A stretch of 63,529 nucleotides of DNA, counting the filler, from Choristocarpus tenellus KU-1152 (lineage: Eukaryota; Protista; Phaeophyceae), in NCBI GenBank assembly GCA_964200185.2. It is 10 parts of 10 records of this genome, joined end to end, with 100 filler letters (N's around TTAATTAATTAA, not from the genome) between each part and the next. Parts side by side here need not be neighbours in the genome. Positions count along the whole stretch, not along the records: positions 21,335 to 27,642 come from CAXNAD020008420.1; positions 27,743 to 34,512 come from CAXNAD020007387.1; positions 34,613 to 38,490 come from CAXNAD020017421.1; 7 more parts are not named here. One strand, 5' to 3'. Positions within the stretch are counted from its first letter, which is position 1. Every line of letters starts with the position of its first letter. Below the pieces are notes generated by a model that ran no database searches, had not been told where the DNA came from, and worked only from the letters and a program-made list of their open reading frames with translations. Shown in pieces: positions 23,370-36,390 of this stretch. The translations under genes were made by a program, and so were the position numbers.

Positions 23370-25931
23370 GCATTTATTGTGAGATGGCTTTACACGAACT
23401 GGAATGCGGTGGATAGATGAAATGATGAACTAATACAAGTTGAGTACCTTGTCTCTGAGGATGTAATTCTTGGTAGGAGGATTCTCTGCTGCAGACTCTC
23501 CTGGTGAATCGTTGGCGTAGGGTTCTATCCCGAGCTTGTCTATTCCTTTCAGGTCGTTCATAGCCTGAATGGCGACCTCCAGGACGCCCCCCTTGATGAG
23601 TACGTTCTTGGTGTGCATACATCTCGGGTATGCCAACCGCACCCTCCAGGGTTGAGATGCCCAATCCTCCTCCGCCTTGGCGGCAGACGTCGGTTCTGGA
23701 TCACCGACTCCTGGTCTATTTTTCTTCCCCTTTCCTCTTGTCTTCTTCTTTCCTTTGTCTTGGTCGGCTGGGGCCCGTTTTTTCCGGACGCCCCTAAGAG
23801 TGTAGGAGAACTGTCATGGAGAAGCACATGGGTGCTGGAACGGTGAGTGACATGGATGACATGGATGTCTGTTTTGCGGGGTACGAACTAGGTGATAAAC
23901 ATTGCGGCTGTTGCAGGGTCAGGAGGGGGGAATACGCATATACATCCATATGTTACCTCAATTGTCACCGTCAAAATCGACTTACCCATTCCTCTGGAAA
24001 TGTCTCCGTCCTGATAACATACGTCAATGCGAGTGCGTCAGTAGGCCATTTTTTTGCAGCCTGTTCTGAGAAGGAGTGCGCAGCCACTTCGACAAATGTC
24101 GCGCCATCGGTAACCTTGGGGAGTCTCCCCTCTCAGGATGGCTAAGCCGGGTCCAGCGAGGACATCGGTGCACGTTCTTGCGAAATACTGCTCCTTGACC
24201 TCGTTCGTGAGCTACATGTACATCAAATGTGCGACAGTGTGTGGTTAGGATACCCATAAAGAACGAGCTTTGAGGAAGTTGAGGAAATAGGGTTGGCAGT
24301 GCATCTACCAGGGAGGGAAAAGCAGGGGATGCGCGTAGCGCATCCCCACCTTATGGGCATGGGGATCGCTGGAAAATGATCGCTTTACCATTCAACAGAA
24401 CACATCAAATCGTTCATTGCTGCCTGCCCTATGTCCAGTGTGGTGACGTCAAGTGGAGACAAAATGGTTGGGAAAGTTTATCCCACCTTCAACCTGTAGG
24501 TGTGCGTGAACCCCCCGCTGTTCAAAAGGGATTCCATGGCGGCGTCCGGATTGGCGTTCCACAGCACAGTGAACATGTGAACCGCTCTGAAGTCGAATTT
24601 GTCCTGGTCGGGTGCGAGTTGGGTGAGTGGAGGATAAGGTAATATGATCAGGGCAGAAGAATGTGGGATTGGGAGCGGGTTTGTTGGTTGGTGGTGTATG
24701 TCATAAGGTCAATAGCATTACACATGTGTGAAACGTCAATTCAAGCTCAGAGTATTGGAAGGCAGGGATTACTACGGTGTTGTTGAACCGTTGGTGATGG
24801 GGCATTTCGTGTACTAATGTGGATACAGGTGCATCGTGCTTACGCTCGACCCGTCGCGCTTCTTGTGCTCTCTCCACACACCGAGAAGGATCTCCAGTTA
24901 TTTTGTCTCTGGTGGAGCATAGCGGGGAGAGAGGGATGGGGTATGTTAGACCACTGACGCGGAATTAATATGGATATATTAGACGAAAGGTATGCAATGC
25001 TTCACAATCGTTTGACCAATCGTTTGCTGTTGAAGTAGCCATGAGAATCTCACCTTCTCCCGTGCATTTGTAGACAAGGGTGGTGATCGCGTTGAAGCAT
25101 TGGACGGAGGTCTGGTCTGTGAGTCTATTCACCCGGCTTCCATATGTGTGTCCTCCCAAGCTTCTTTGAGGAATGCCTTTATCTTGGCAGCTACCCTTCT
25201 CTTAATAGCCGTCTGAAATGCGGCGTGGGCACTCCGGAAGTCTATGTCTCCTAGACAATATTGGTTGTACCTGGTGACCAATGTGGCCATGCGCATGCGA
25301 CGATCAGAGTCTTCTTCAGTTTCATTGACGTAAGGGCGGAAACTGTCGCAACCGAAGTCACGCCTATACTCCAGGATAGTGGCGACCTAGGACACCATCC
25401 AGTGGAATATGTCGAGAATGTTGGGCACATACGACCTACTGACCGCCACACTCTCTCCTATCGAAATGGATTCAGCCTTTTCGCAGTTGCAGTTCGGATA
25501 GATCTTCCACATGAAGGTCCTGTGATCACCTATCTGAAGGTTTGCTCCGATATCCGAGGCCCAATGCGTTGTGACATGGGCCGGGAGGTTGATGCCACAT
25601 GGGACATTATCTTCGTTTGCAACGCATTCGATTGTCCTCAGTATCATTATGCGGTGTTGTCCATTCAGGAAAATAAGAGGTTGTCGTCGTCATCTATATC
25701 CCTATCGTCGCCGTTCTCATCTACGTCCAGGTTGCTCTTTGCGATGTAGGTTGCAAGTAGTTCGCCATCAGGTACACTAGAGGGCACGTTCGCCCTGCGC
25801 ATGTCGGCTTTGATGTCGCTTATTGTCTTCCATCTGTAGCACAGGGAAAAAGGCTGCCCACTCAGGATCCCCGCGAGCCTATCTGCAGCGACAGCTGAGT
25901 CCAGCCCTAGCTCGGAGAACATAGACTCCAC
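23370..25931 (-). pseudogene. Decayed large DDE transposase, Zisupton/KDZ-like (tentative)
   Basis: Fragmented frames contain, in order: LGGHTY...VYKCTGEGEILMATST (cf. D-HT/ST-K...NExGQVLMSVLT), DPHAHKVGMRYAHPL (cf. LDxWH...HPL) and KGIDKLGIEPY...NYI/RQGTQLVLVHH (cf. RGSTxLESFH). Many stops and frameshifts. Motif recall only; no search was run. Confidence 0.4.
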
Positions 25932-26434
25932 TCTACACCGGTCCAGTGTCTAGAAGGTTGGCGTTGTACCTCTGTGTGTAGTAGACATGGCCAGGTCCAT
26001 CGTGCAGGTCGTGCAGAGGTTGGACGTTATCAGGTCTGTGGTCTTTTGGTCTTCATTCCTTTTTGGGCTTCTGGCCGGCTGTCTGTGAAAATAGAGGGGA
26101 AAATGTTGGGACAACCGTATCAGCAAAGACCAACGATGTCCACGTAGGGGTGGACGCGATGGTTAGCCAAGCGCATGAAGGGTGTCTTTATATGAACAGT
26201 GGTGGACTATGTGATTAATGATGATGGAATCCTGCACGGAGTGCAGGGTTCGTGTCCATGCGTGGGCTATGCAAATGAGATATGAAAAGAGTGTAAGAAA
26301 TTGCATGGAAATGGGGACGGTGTAACGCTTTCCTGCGAGGTCGCTACTTACGAAGAAATGTGAAACTGTTAACGCGGTCGACTTGGGATGAAAATGAATA
26401 TGAGTAATACGCACCAATATCGGATGCAGCCTAG

Positions 26435-27070
26435 TAGGAATATACGCGCAGACCAAGGTGACATATAGCGGGGGCAATCATGCGCAGGTTTGCGCTTGAC
26501 ATAGAGCAGGCAATAACGAGTGCATTACATGTGCTCTGCCGAACGGTGTACACAATCAATATCCAAAGTGGGGCAATACTGTTGGTGTGTGTGTGTGTGT
26601 GTGTATTTGAAATAGTCCTCCTGAGCAGGAAGATATTACGTCCAATCTCGAAGATGAAAGATGAACATGAAAGGGATTTACGCGCCGAACCGGGTTAGAT
26701 GTATGGAAGGCAACCACGCACAGGTCTGTGCTTGACATATGGCAGCCAGTGATGAATGAATTTGATGTGTTCTGTCGAACGGTAAACACCATCAATTTCC
26801 AAAGCGCGGCGAGACGGTGAAGGGTGTGTGCGTCCATTTGAAATTGTAACAACCTGAGCTGATAAACATCACGTCGAACCGAGAAACTGATAGATGAAGC
26901 TGAAAGGTACTTAGACGCTGACCCAGGTTGGATGTCGGGAGGGCAATCATGTGCAGGTTTGTGCTTCACACAAGTAATAACGAATGGATTTAATGTGTCT
27001 GACGAACGGTAGAGGCCATCAACTTCCAGAGTACGGCAATACGGTTGGGGGGTGTGTATGTACATTTCCG
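26435..27070. repeat. Three diverged ~233-bp tandem units
   Basis: The block ggcaa(t/c)ca(t/c)g.gcaggt.tg.gctt.aca...cgaacggt...atcaa.ttcca.ag recurs in units starting at ~26435, ~26669 and ~26902. Confidence 0.8.
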
Positions 27071-27742
27071 ATTTAAACCCTATCCGAAATGGTCCAATAG
27101 TATCGGAGCCCATACAGGCGGGTATCGAAGGTGTTACCAAGTCATCCTGGACGGACGGATGTCGTGGTGCGCGAAATTGCATCGTGGAATCTTGCTTCCA
27201 TTTCGGATCAGTTGTCTGATTACTCCCAACAAAAGTGACAACAACACATGTTCCAATTTCGGAAAAAGGTTAGGTCGAATTTGCTCTAGTCCTTTCGTGT
27301 TAGAGCCTTTGAATTTATTCTACAATTACATTTTTGATCCAAGGTGAAATCTGTAAAATGCGGATTTGGATAAGTGTTAAAAATGTAGGCGATTTATTTT
27401 TGTCGGGGCTAGGGTTGGTATCATGGGTGCTGGTCGAAATATTTTAGTGGTAGGGTCGCGTTCATTTTGCGATCGAATTCAAATGTTGCTTTTTTGCTGT
27501 CATTCTTGCCCTCCTTATTTTTGGATATGTAAATGTCCAAAATCCGAACAGCCCTTTCCATAGTATATAGACATTGTACGTCTCCAAAACATTTTTTGGA
27601 GTAAAAGGGTCAAACGTATCTAGGGGGGGGGGTGTCGGCGTCNNNNNNNNNNNNNNNNNNNNNNNNNNNNNNNNNNNNNNNNNNNNTTAATTAATTAANN
27701 NNNNNNNNNNNNNNNNNNNNNNNNNNNNNNNNNNNNNNNNNN

Positions 27743-27931
27743 GGTCGTGGGGGCGCGGGGGGGGGGGAAGGGGGGAGTGATCTACACAAAAGTGTCCATT
27801 TGGTCAAAAACCAGGAAAAGTGCACTTTCATTATCCATCCGACGTATGGAACCAAATCACCCAAAAATCGCGACCTGAAAAAATTGGCCCCAAATGGACA
27901 GCCGCCATCCCCCCCCTAGATACATTGAGTC
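27743..27931. mobile_element. MITE family B copy
   Basis: ...accaggaaaagtgcactttcattatccatcc...aaatggacagccgccatccccccctagatacattgagtc. Confidence 0.8.
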
Positions 27932-29980
27932 TTTTCTGGGAATTAGACTTCTACTACAAACTGCTGGTACCGTTATCTTTTGGAGAGCATCTGTCCTGTT
28001 CTTGCTATACTAAACGTTTCTCAACACTTTCTCATTTTCTGCTTTTCCTTTGTGTTATCTGTTTAGCTTACCATCAACTTCTAAATGACCTTGGGCATGT
28101 TTTCATTTCAAGTAACTAATTAACACATACTACTGCTCTTCAGGTTTTAAGCAACGATTCAGTTCAACAGGTTGATCAACACTACCGTTGTCAATATCAT
28201 GAACATTTTACACATAGTTTGGAAAAATAAGAAGGAAGCACGACCTATATATGATTGAACGCAAATTTCTTAGCAAGGAGAGTCTTCACTTTCAAATCCC
28301 CTTACAACCAAATATACTTGGAATGAAGCTCACAACCGTGGTGAAGACATCCAGACTGTGTACGTACAACATGAAAATCCTTGAACACTACGTTGGACAG
28401 CACAAGTCAACTAAGAGTGAAATAAGTTTAGAGTCCAGGGGGTAGAGTTCCAACTTCCTCCCAGATATACAATAAATAGGTACACCTTTGCTCACTGGTT
28501 TGGAGATATTAGGCTGCCTGACTATCGATAAGAGTGACCTAACAAATAATTATGCGGGCAGCAAAGAATAAATTGGGCAGTATTACACGGATCATCCTTG
28601 TAAGCGTGCACATAATCTGGAGGGGATCGATCTCTTATCATTAATATCTTACCTCTGTATACCAACAGAACAGAGTGATTCACACTTAACATTAAACTAT
28701 GTGTGAACCTGTGTACATTGCATGTGATGCTTAAAGCAGTGACGGAGCATGGAAGTATTTTATACTAAAATAGTTCGCTGTATGTAGTGTGTATTCCAGT
28801 TGCCAATGATCACCCTCGCTTGAAGGGCAAAGGTAGAAGAATGTTTTCAACAAAGGCAGACCCTTACATATTATTACCTTCGGCACAAGTGCAGAATAGA
28901 ACGTGAATGATGCTCAGTAATGAAGTCCTCAGATATGGTAAGTGATTCATAAATTGATGTACTAAGGTACGGCAGTTATGTCATCACCATTACATCACGT
29001 CGAGGAGTCGCAGTGGTCTGTTGGGACATGAGGATCAACATAGGGAACATCAATCTCTAAGACATTGTACCCAAATGTACTTGTTGTGAGTATGTATGCA
29101 CCTCAAATAAAAGTCGGATCGAAATCTTTTACACCATATTTTAAATGCCTGCCAAGGTGTATAAAACCCCCTATATATGAGGCCTATCATCTTTTCCTTG
29201 TGTGCTGGCAGCTTGCACCCGGGAAGAGCCTGCTGATTAGGCGTTTGGTGTATACATGCCTATTTATGAGAAAAACCCGATTTCGGGCATATGCAGTTGT
29301 GTGTGAAGGGTGACCTCACAAATTTCAACATCTTCAGTCAATTTCTACACAAAAAAAATATTGCCCACCATAGTAGGCACAGTAGGTTGCACAAACAACG
29401 CACAAAATATATAGTGTTGTCCCAAAAGTGGGATGCACACTGATGATGGGGAACCAATCTCCCTCTCTATATATGGGGTACATCTGCAATACACACCTAT
29501 AAAAAGAGAATATTCAACAGGACCTTACCACTCCAGCAACTGCAAGCAGGAAGTGATTCGAGTTCGTATCTCCACCCCTTCATGCCGTAAACCAAGGATT
29601 TGGTGGGTAACCGCTCTCCTTCAAAGAGTCAAAGGGTGCAGGGGTGCTGAATGAACTCATGCAGCCAGACAAAACAGGTTGCCAAATTAAACCCCACGAC
29701 TATAAGAGACAACCAACCAGCACATGCTGTTGAGAATCAGCACTCAAAAATATATATTCCGCAACTCCAGCGTGGTAATAGAGAATAATCCAGAACACCT
29801 TCTGCAAAAAATGCCAAGGAAAGGGAGAAAAAACATGCACAAACCACCACCCCAGCACAAACTAATTGACAGCACACAACCCCACTCTTATCCCTGACCC
29901 CTCCCCCCCACTTCCCCTCTCCTTTCAACCTGGAGAACCGCACACACCATAGTACTACCCAACTAGTTAAGCTTAAAAAC

Positions 29981-32900
29981 TCAGGCTTGGGAATTGGCCT
30001 TTGCCTTGGCACCAGCTGGAGTCCCGCCCACAGCCACGGCTTGCTTTGTCGGTCCCACAACAGCAGTTGCACCCTTAGCTCGTTGCATAGGTCCCGTATT
30101 GATTTCCCTTTTGATTTTTCCTCCACCTAGCACCTCATTGATTTCTGCTCCTGTTAAGGTTTCATGCACAAGAAGCGCCTGAGCTACACGCTCAAGGTCG
30201 CGCCGATTCGACTCCAGGAGAGCCTTAGCCCGGGTGTAGGACTCGTCCAATAACCTCTTCACCTTGTATCCCAAAGCACAGCACAAGAGCAAAAATGAGG
30301 ATTTGACCAACAAAGGTTGACATATTCTGGGCAAAAGTAGATGGGCATCGAACTACGATTCTCTTCACATGAAGAGGTGATCAGAGCACCAAATCAAGGC
30401 TAATGTAACATTGTATGCAAAAAAAAAGAAAGGTTAATCCATGAGGGTCGCAAAGCATCGCCATTAGAAAGGGAGACACAGCAAAGCACCAACCATAAAC
30501 AACAGCAAAATCGATACTATTTTTTTTTCTAAGATACCTGCAGGATGCATCTACCAATATATTGCACATCTATCCTCCAATAGTCCCTTCACCCTCCACA
30601 CCGATACGAATAATATATGTATACATTTGTATAACATGTTGGCATCTCTCTTCAAGACAACCAGATCAGTCTAATAGTTTACCCCAATACCCCCCCCCCC
30701 CCCACCAAAAGAAAACACTTCTGTGAAGTATTCCCCACCTCCACGAGAGCAAACAGCAAGCAGTGCCCAATCTAGAGTGACTAACATGTATTAAAAATAC
30801 ATCACCTCTTCATCTATAGCTGCCCTGGTCTCACCACCCTCATCGCGCTGATCACTGATAAACACCTTGCCCACCTTTTCCGACATGCCGTACCTTGTTA
30901 CCATTGCATTGGCAAGGCGTGTTGCCTGCCAGGGATTGAGAACATGTCACATATCAGAACAAACCCCCCACCAATTCATTTCTCCCCCTGTGTCCTACAA
31001 ATATAAAATGTTCTACATGCCCAAAAATGAACAAACAACTCTCAGCGCTTTGACTGGCAAAATGGTGTAGACAGCATCAGCCACAAAGGAAAGAGATAGA
31101 TATGGACGTATGAATATCGCACTTGTTCATTCCCCACGAAAGTGATTAAAACCCTAACCCTAAGAAAGGACATCTTCGTTTTCCCATTAGTGCTGCTTGT
31201 CGCCCTACTCAGGGATAAAATTAGCCCTCTATGAACACACAGAAATGCCCAACTCACGATAGGCCAGAGACTACAACCAACAAAAGGTGAGGGGGGTCAG
31301 CAGGTCAGTACAATGATACACACAAGGTTTATCACCAACAATAGATAAAAGCTACACTCAACATAGCGTTGGTGCTTTCTTCTAAAAATAACACCGCCCC
31401 ACCAACCCCTTTACAACTGCACTTACATCCCTCCCTCATTATGGCATGCAGTTGTAAGTTGTAGAACTCCAACACAATAGAATGTAACCCCTCACCCCTC
31501 CTCAATATCTCCATAATTCAGATGACAGGTATTTCTACGCCAACACCTAATGTGTCAAAAAACAAAAACTGGTGGAATGACAGCAAAACTGTTCCATGCT
31601 CACTTGCTGTAGGTCAGAGGATGCCCCTGACGTGACATTCTCAGGCCCAAACATCATCTCCTCTGCCACTCTTCCCCCCATGCAGACATCCAGCCGTGCC
31701 AGCATCTATCACAGGGACAAAAACAAGAAAAATACATAAACACAACATATCCATGTTCAGACCGTTTCTTATTATTTTACAGTACCCTTTCTTGTCACAA
31801 TAACAACAACATGCAGAGGAACCAAATACTAAAATCAGAAGGTACAGCGATCAAAGAGAGTAAAGGCTCATTTTCAATTTTTTTTCACATTTTTGAATCT
31901 TCAGGAGACTCGATTGAAAGCATATTGCAACATAAACCCAAGAGGAGTACAAACTCTACCTAGATTCACCATTCTTTGAAATACTTACTCCACTCCAATA
32001 CTTCCAAACCCTGGTTCTCAGTTTTCAGTTTCAATAGTTGACAGGCCATATTTTTTCTTGGAATATTTTTTAAACCCCTGGGTATATCCACGTACTCATT
32101 AAAATTTTGTATTTCGTTCCGTAACAGTCTGTACAATGGTAATAGGTCATGTTTTACCTACTGCTAAATAAACAGGAAAACGTTCAGGAACTTTACTTCC
32201 CCCTCACAAAAAGGCAGGAAGTACAGTCATTAGCACAAACCCCCATTTTACACACCAACAGTTTTCAATAGACAGCAAGGGATATATGTTGCTCAATCCC
32301 AAACAGTTACATAAAACAAAAAATTCTCCTGAAAATCAAGTGAGAGGATCAGCACAGAAACAAAATTAAAAAGTGAAGCGACTCCCGGCGTCAGCAAAAG
32401 TCTAAGAAAGACACACAAATTCTCAATGTGAACTTGACCAGATAATATACTCTCAGTGATAGAAAAAAAAAATGGTTTAAACAACGCCTCACAAATAGGT
32501 GCAGCCACCCCACTCCTCCCCCCCTATCTCATTCTAATCCACTCTACCTGATCAAAATAATCAACGGAACGACAAATCTTCTCAATAATTGATATTGCTA
32601 GAATACAAAAAAAAAAAATTGAAGAGGGTGAATACAAAAAGGTTTGCCTGGGAAAGTGTGATGCCCTTCTGTCTTTCCAATCAAACTCTTGGAACATACC
32701 AGCCTCAACTCGCATTTCAACAGAGCAATCAAGGCACCACACACATTATTATTGATGTGCATAAACCCAATACAACATACCCCAACGTAATAATCAAATA
32801 CCAGCACGCGCTTCAAGGCTTCAAATCAAGGTGTACGTACATACACAAAAAGAAAAGAAAAAAGAAATGCCAACACCATCACCGCCAAGATAAGATGGCA

Positions 32901-33822
32901 ACGTTCAGGCCTCGGCAACTATGACATTGTCTAGACAGGAAACACAGCAAAAGAGGTTCAAAATGTTTAATAAAGAGAAACACACACATACACACACACA
33001 TATATACACACACGAACAAGTGAGGGCCAGGGAAAGCGCCAAATACACCCCTCTTGCATCTTTTATGGAAAGCACCAAATACAAATTCTCACCTGCTTTC
33101 TGGACATGCTTTTCTGATCTCCCTCAGGTAACTGCATAACCATCCCCAGCGCGCTTCCACGTGGCATAATGGTTGCCTTATGGATCGGATCTGCTCCCGG
33201 AGTCTTGAGAGCCTATGGCAACAACAGCATGGAGGAAGCAGGAGTTCTTCAATCACTGGTTGGCGGGCAGAAACTAAACTTCAACTTCAAGTAGGATACA
33301 TGAGAGGGGGCACTTTCTCCTCAAACTGCAGGGGTTGAGGACAAAAAAACTAAGTGACCTCCTGGTTCAAGTTCACATCAGCTTCAACACCAAATTGTGA
33401 ACATCAATCCAACTCTGCAATTCAGTGTAACAAAATTTCAAATTATTTTAAAATAGTCATATGACGTGCCTCCACTCTCTCTGATACTCTAGTTGATGAT
33501 GAACTGGGCAGTGTGTTGAACCGGGCTATGAGATGCAACAAGAAAATTCACCTGATTGGTGCCATTAAACACCCAATCATACACCTCACATACGTACATA
33601 CACACACACACACACACAACCATCACAAACATGCAACCTCATTGCAAAACCTGGACATACCACGATAGCATGTCCCCCCTCATGATACGCTGTCAGCTTT
33701 GCAGTTTCCTCACTGATGACTGCACTCTTACGCTCTGCCCCCATGAGGATGCGGTCTTTTGCCCACTCCAGGACTTCGGTAGTCAAAGCCTTGGCACCAT
33801 CCAAACTCGCCTTCAGGGCTGC
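29981..33822 (-). CDS. FTSH4: ATP-dependent Zn metalloprotease, YME1/FtsH4 (mitochondrial i-AAA) type, 3' part; exons 33822-33661, 33212-33093, 31705-31604, 30925-30806, 30262-29981
   Basis: [34 protein letters not shown]|[32 protein letters not shown]...|[34 protein letters not shown]|[19 protein letters not shown]...|[13 protein letters not shown]...[13 protein letters not shown]. Peptidase M41 with HExxH; all introns GT-AG, phase 0. Confidence 0.95.
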
Positions 33823-34899
33823 CTGCAAACCCCAGGGCACACACAAACATGTAAGTCATGTAAAACATGAAGAAAATTCAAGTCAACATAGGTTATTGTC
33901 ACACAATCGCAGACAAAAAAGACACCACATGACCAACCAACACCTAGACAAGCAAAAGTGAGAAGCACTACTTCATGCATAGAAGTGAACCTTAAATTCC
34001 TGCGATGGACTACAGCAACATCAAACCAGCCCCAACAGCCACTTGGAATAACTGGCACAGTTGGGGGGAGGGGGGGGGCAGGGGGGGGGCTAGGAGGTGC
34101 GTCTGAAGGAAGATGAATACTGTTCTCTACAATTTGTGCTAATAAAAAATAAATTATACATTGTAGGTGTGGCAAGAACCCAATGAGTGAGGAGAGTTGT
34201 AATTGTCACAAAGGAAATGTTCTCACACGTACAAGAACAACGCAAACCAGCTACCCAGCCTTAGTTGTACTACAGCAGAACCTAACCAATCAATAGCACA
34301 TGAAGAAAGAGCTTACAAAAAAAGCACAAATCCACTGCTCCACTTCACTATGCCAATACACCTAGATAGAACTTGGTGAGAGAGGCGGTGATCAAATGTA
34401 AAAGCTCTGCTTCGTTTTCCAAAATAAAAATAGCAATAGTACACCTTGATGCAATAGTTAAGACATCTTGGGGGTTACGAAAAAAAAAGGGGGGGGGGCT
34501 GGAAGGGCAAGGNNNNNNNNNNNNNNNNNNNNNNNNNNNNNNNNNNNNNNNNNNNNTTAATTAATTAANNNNNNNNNNNNNNNNNNNNNNNNNNNNNNNN
34601 NNNNNNNNNNNNCTCTGAGTTTGGTCCAAATGGAAACCCTGGTGTACCCCCCCCCCCCCTCCCAGATACTTTGGGTCATGTATTATGTACTACCTACCAA
34701 AGGTCTGAACCGCGTTGTCCATGACTTCGAAGATGTTGATAAAATTCATTTCTGAAAGAAGATTTAGAATCCTTCACGAATTCTGGTTCGGGTCAGCTCA
34801 TTTTATTACTATTACTCCCCATCCATCACAATTTTATCAGCCACAGAAAAAGCCTCCATGTCTACCTTCGGTGTGTGCTCAAGCTCACCAGACAACTGC

Positions 34900-36390
34900 C
34901 TCTTCCTTAGCCCTGTGTGCTCCACACTGAAGTCATTCCCCCCATTGTATCAAAGTACTTGATTGTACACCACAAAAAGGAGCTGCCAAGCCCTCTCAAG
35001 TGTGGTTTCATCATACTCCCTCATACTGTTTCTTAATGACCTTCACCATCTCCTTGACGGACCCAAACCTCTCCCCCCCATCACCGGGCATTTCAAACAC
35101 CTGAAGAAGCACAGGTCCATGGTATTAAGGTCGAGGGAGTTAGATGGCTGCGTCACAAGCCTAATTGACCGCCCCTCAGTCTTCCCTTCCCCTACTGACA
35201 AGGGGTCTGAGTTGCCCTTGCCCGTGTGGGGGGTAGCATTGTCTTGCTGAACAACAACGTGCTTCCCCTGCAACCAAGGCATCTTGGCCTTGATTGCAGG
35301 CAGTAACTCCTCCGTTCACCACTTCCTGTATCGCAAATGGTCTGAAGTACGGTCCTGCTCATACACATCCCCCCTTTTTATGGTTCTTGTTTGTCCTCTC
35401 TGCCGTTTTTGGCGCACACACACGCCAAACACCAAGCTTTCTATCAAAGCTGTGAGTCTAATCTGGGCGGACGTTGGCTGCAATGATCATGGTTTTGGAG
35501 ATATGACTCTTGTGCTGCACAGTAGGGGACCCTGGAAGAAGGTCACTATCATCCTCATGCGGAAATATCCTAACCCTTTCCATCAGTCATCATGTAAAAC
35601 CAGGTTTGATTCACATGTTCAAAAATTCCACACTGGACCCGCGGCTTTGTGCTTTGATGAAAGACAATGAATAGCTTAATGTAGATATGTAATATTAGTG
35701 TTACAAGAGGGGCTTGTGGTCTCGATTCCGCTGACTGAACTTGTGGGGTGAGACAGGTGCAAACTAATATGTGGGATTTGCAACGTCCACACGGATGATC
35801 AGAAAATAATACTGTCTACGTATCATATGAACCATGAATGATTTATCAACGGATAATCTAATATCAGGTCCCTACAAAACATGAACGATGGGTAGAGCTC
35901 AACTGAAATACATGTCAACATATATATCTGGCTCCAACGGTGGTGTCTATAGTGAATCAGCAGCACTATCCACGAACATCACATGGATCTTGTTCACCAT
36001 GGAGGCGTACACACCACAATTCCGGTCCACTTGATCGTAAACAAAGTCCATTCTCCATACCGTTTGCCACGATTTAAGCTTGGGTTTAACGTGTCGCAGC
36101 AGTTTGTCCTCACCAGGGACCATTGCGACGGCGTGCCGCACTGCAAGTGCCACCCTGGTATTCAGGGACACTTGGGCACCCTTCCTATGTGAGGGCGGGG
36201 GGGGTTGCCATGCCCAGTTGTGCTCTCAAAATCACCCCAAAAGACCCTTACTTTAACGGCTTGAAGCATCTTAAGTTTGTTCCTGATGATCCTCGATCCC
36301 CACCTTTTCTGAAAGCTGAGATTGTCAGCCCGGTTTCATCCTGTGAGGTTATCGTCCGATTCGGCGCCGTTCTCGCTCGGCGAGCCTAGA
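34900..36390 (-). mobile_element. Decayed mariner-like transposase of the plant/oomycete (DD39D-like) group, interrupted by a solo LTR
   Basis: VKPKL...RMDF...MVNKIHV[insert]NQTWFY...VQHKSHISKTMIIAANVRP...FDRKLGVW...LLPAIKAKMPW...VVVQQDNATPH...QPSNSLDLNTMDLCFF; stops and frameshifts present. Confidence 0.88.
35616..35978. mobile_element. Solo LTR, 363 bp, TG...CA, 5-bp TSD TCACA
   Basis: tcaca|tgttc...gaaca|tcaca; removing it rejoins the mariner HV-N(D)xxWFY motif. Confidence 0.88.

Noticed and set aside
29981-29983. Alternative genetic code (stop-codon reassignment) suggested by the kinase stops
   Set aside because: Conserved genes here (PNPO, FtsH, IFT54, REJ) have no in-frame stops, and TAA and TGA act as real terminators.
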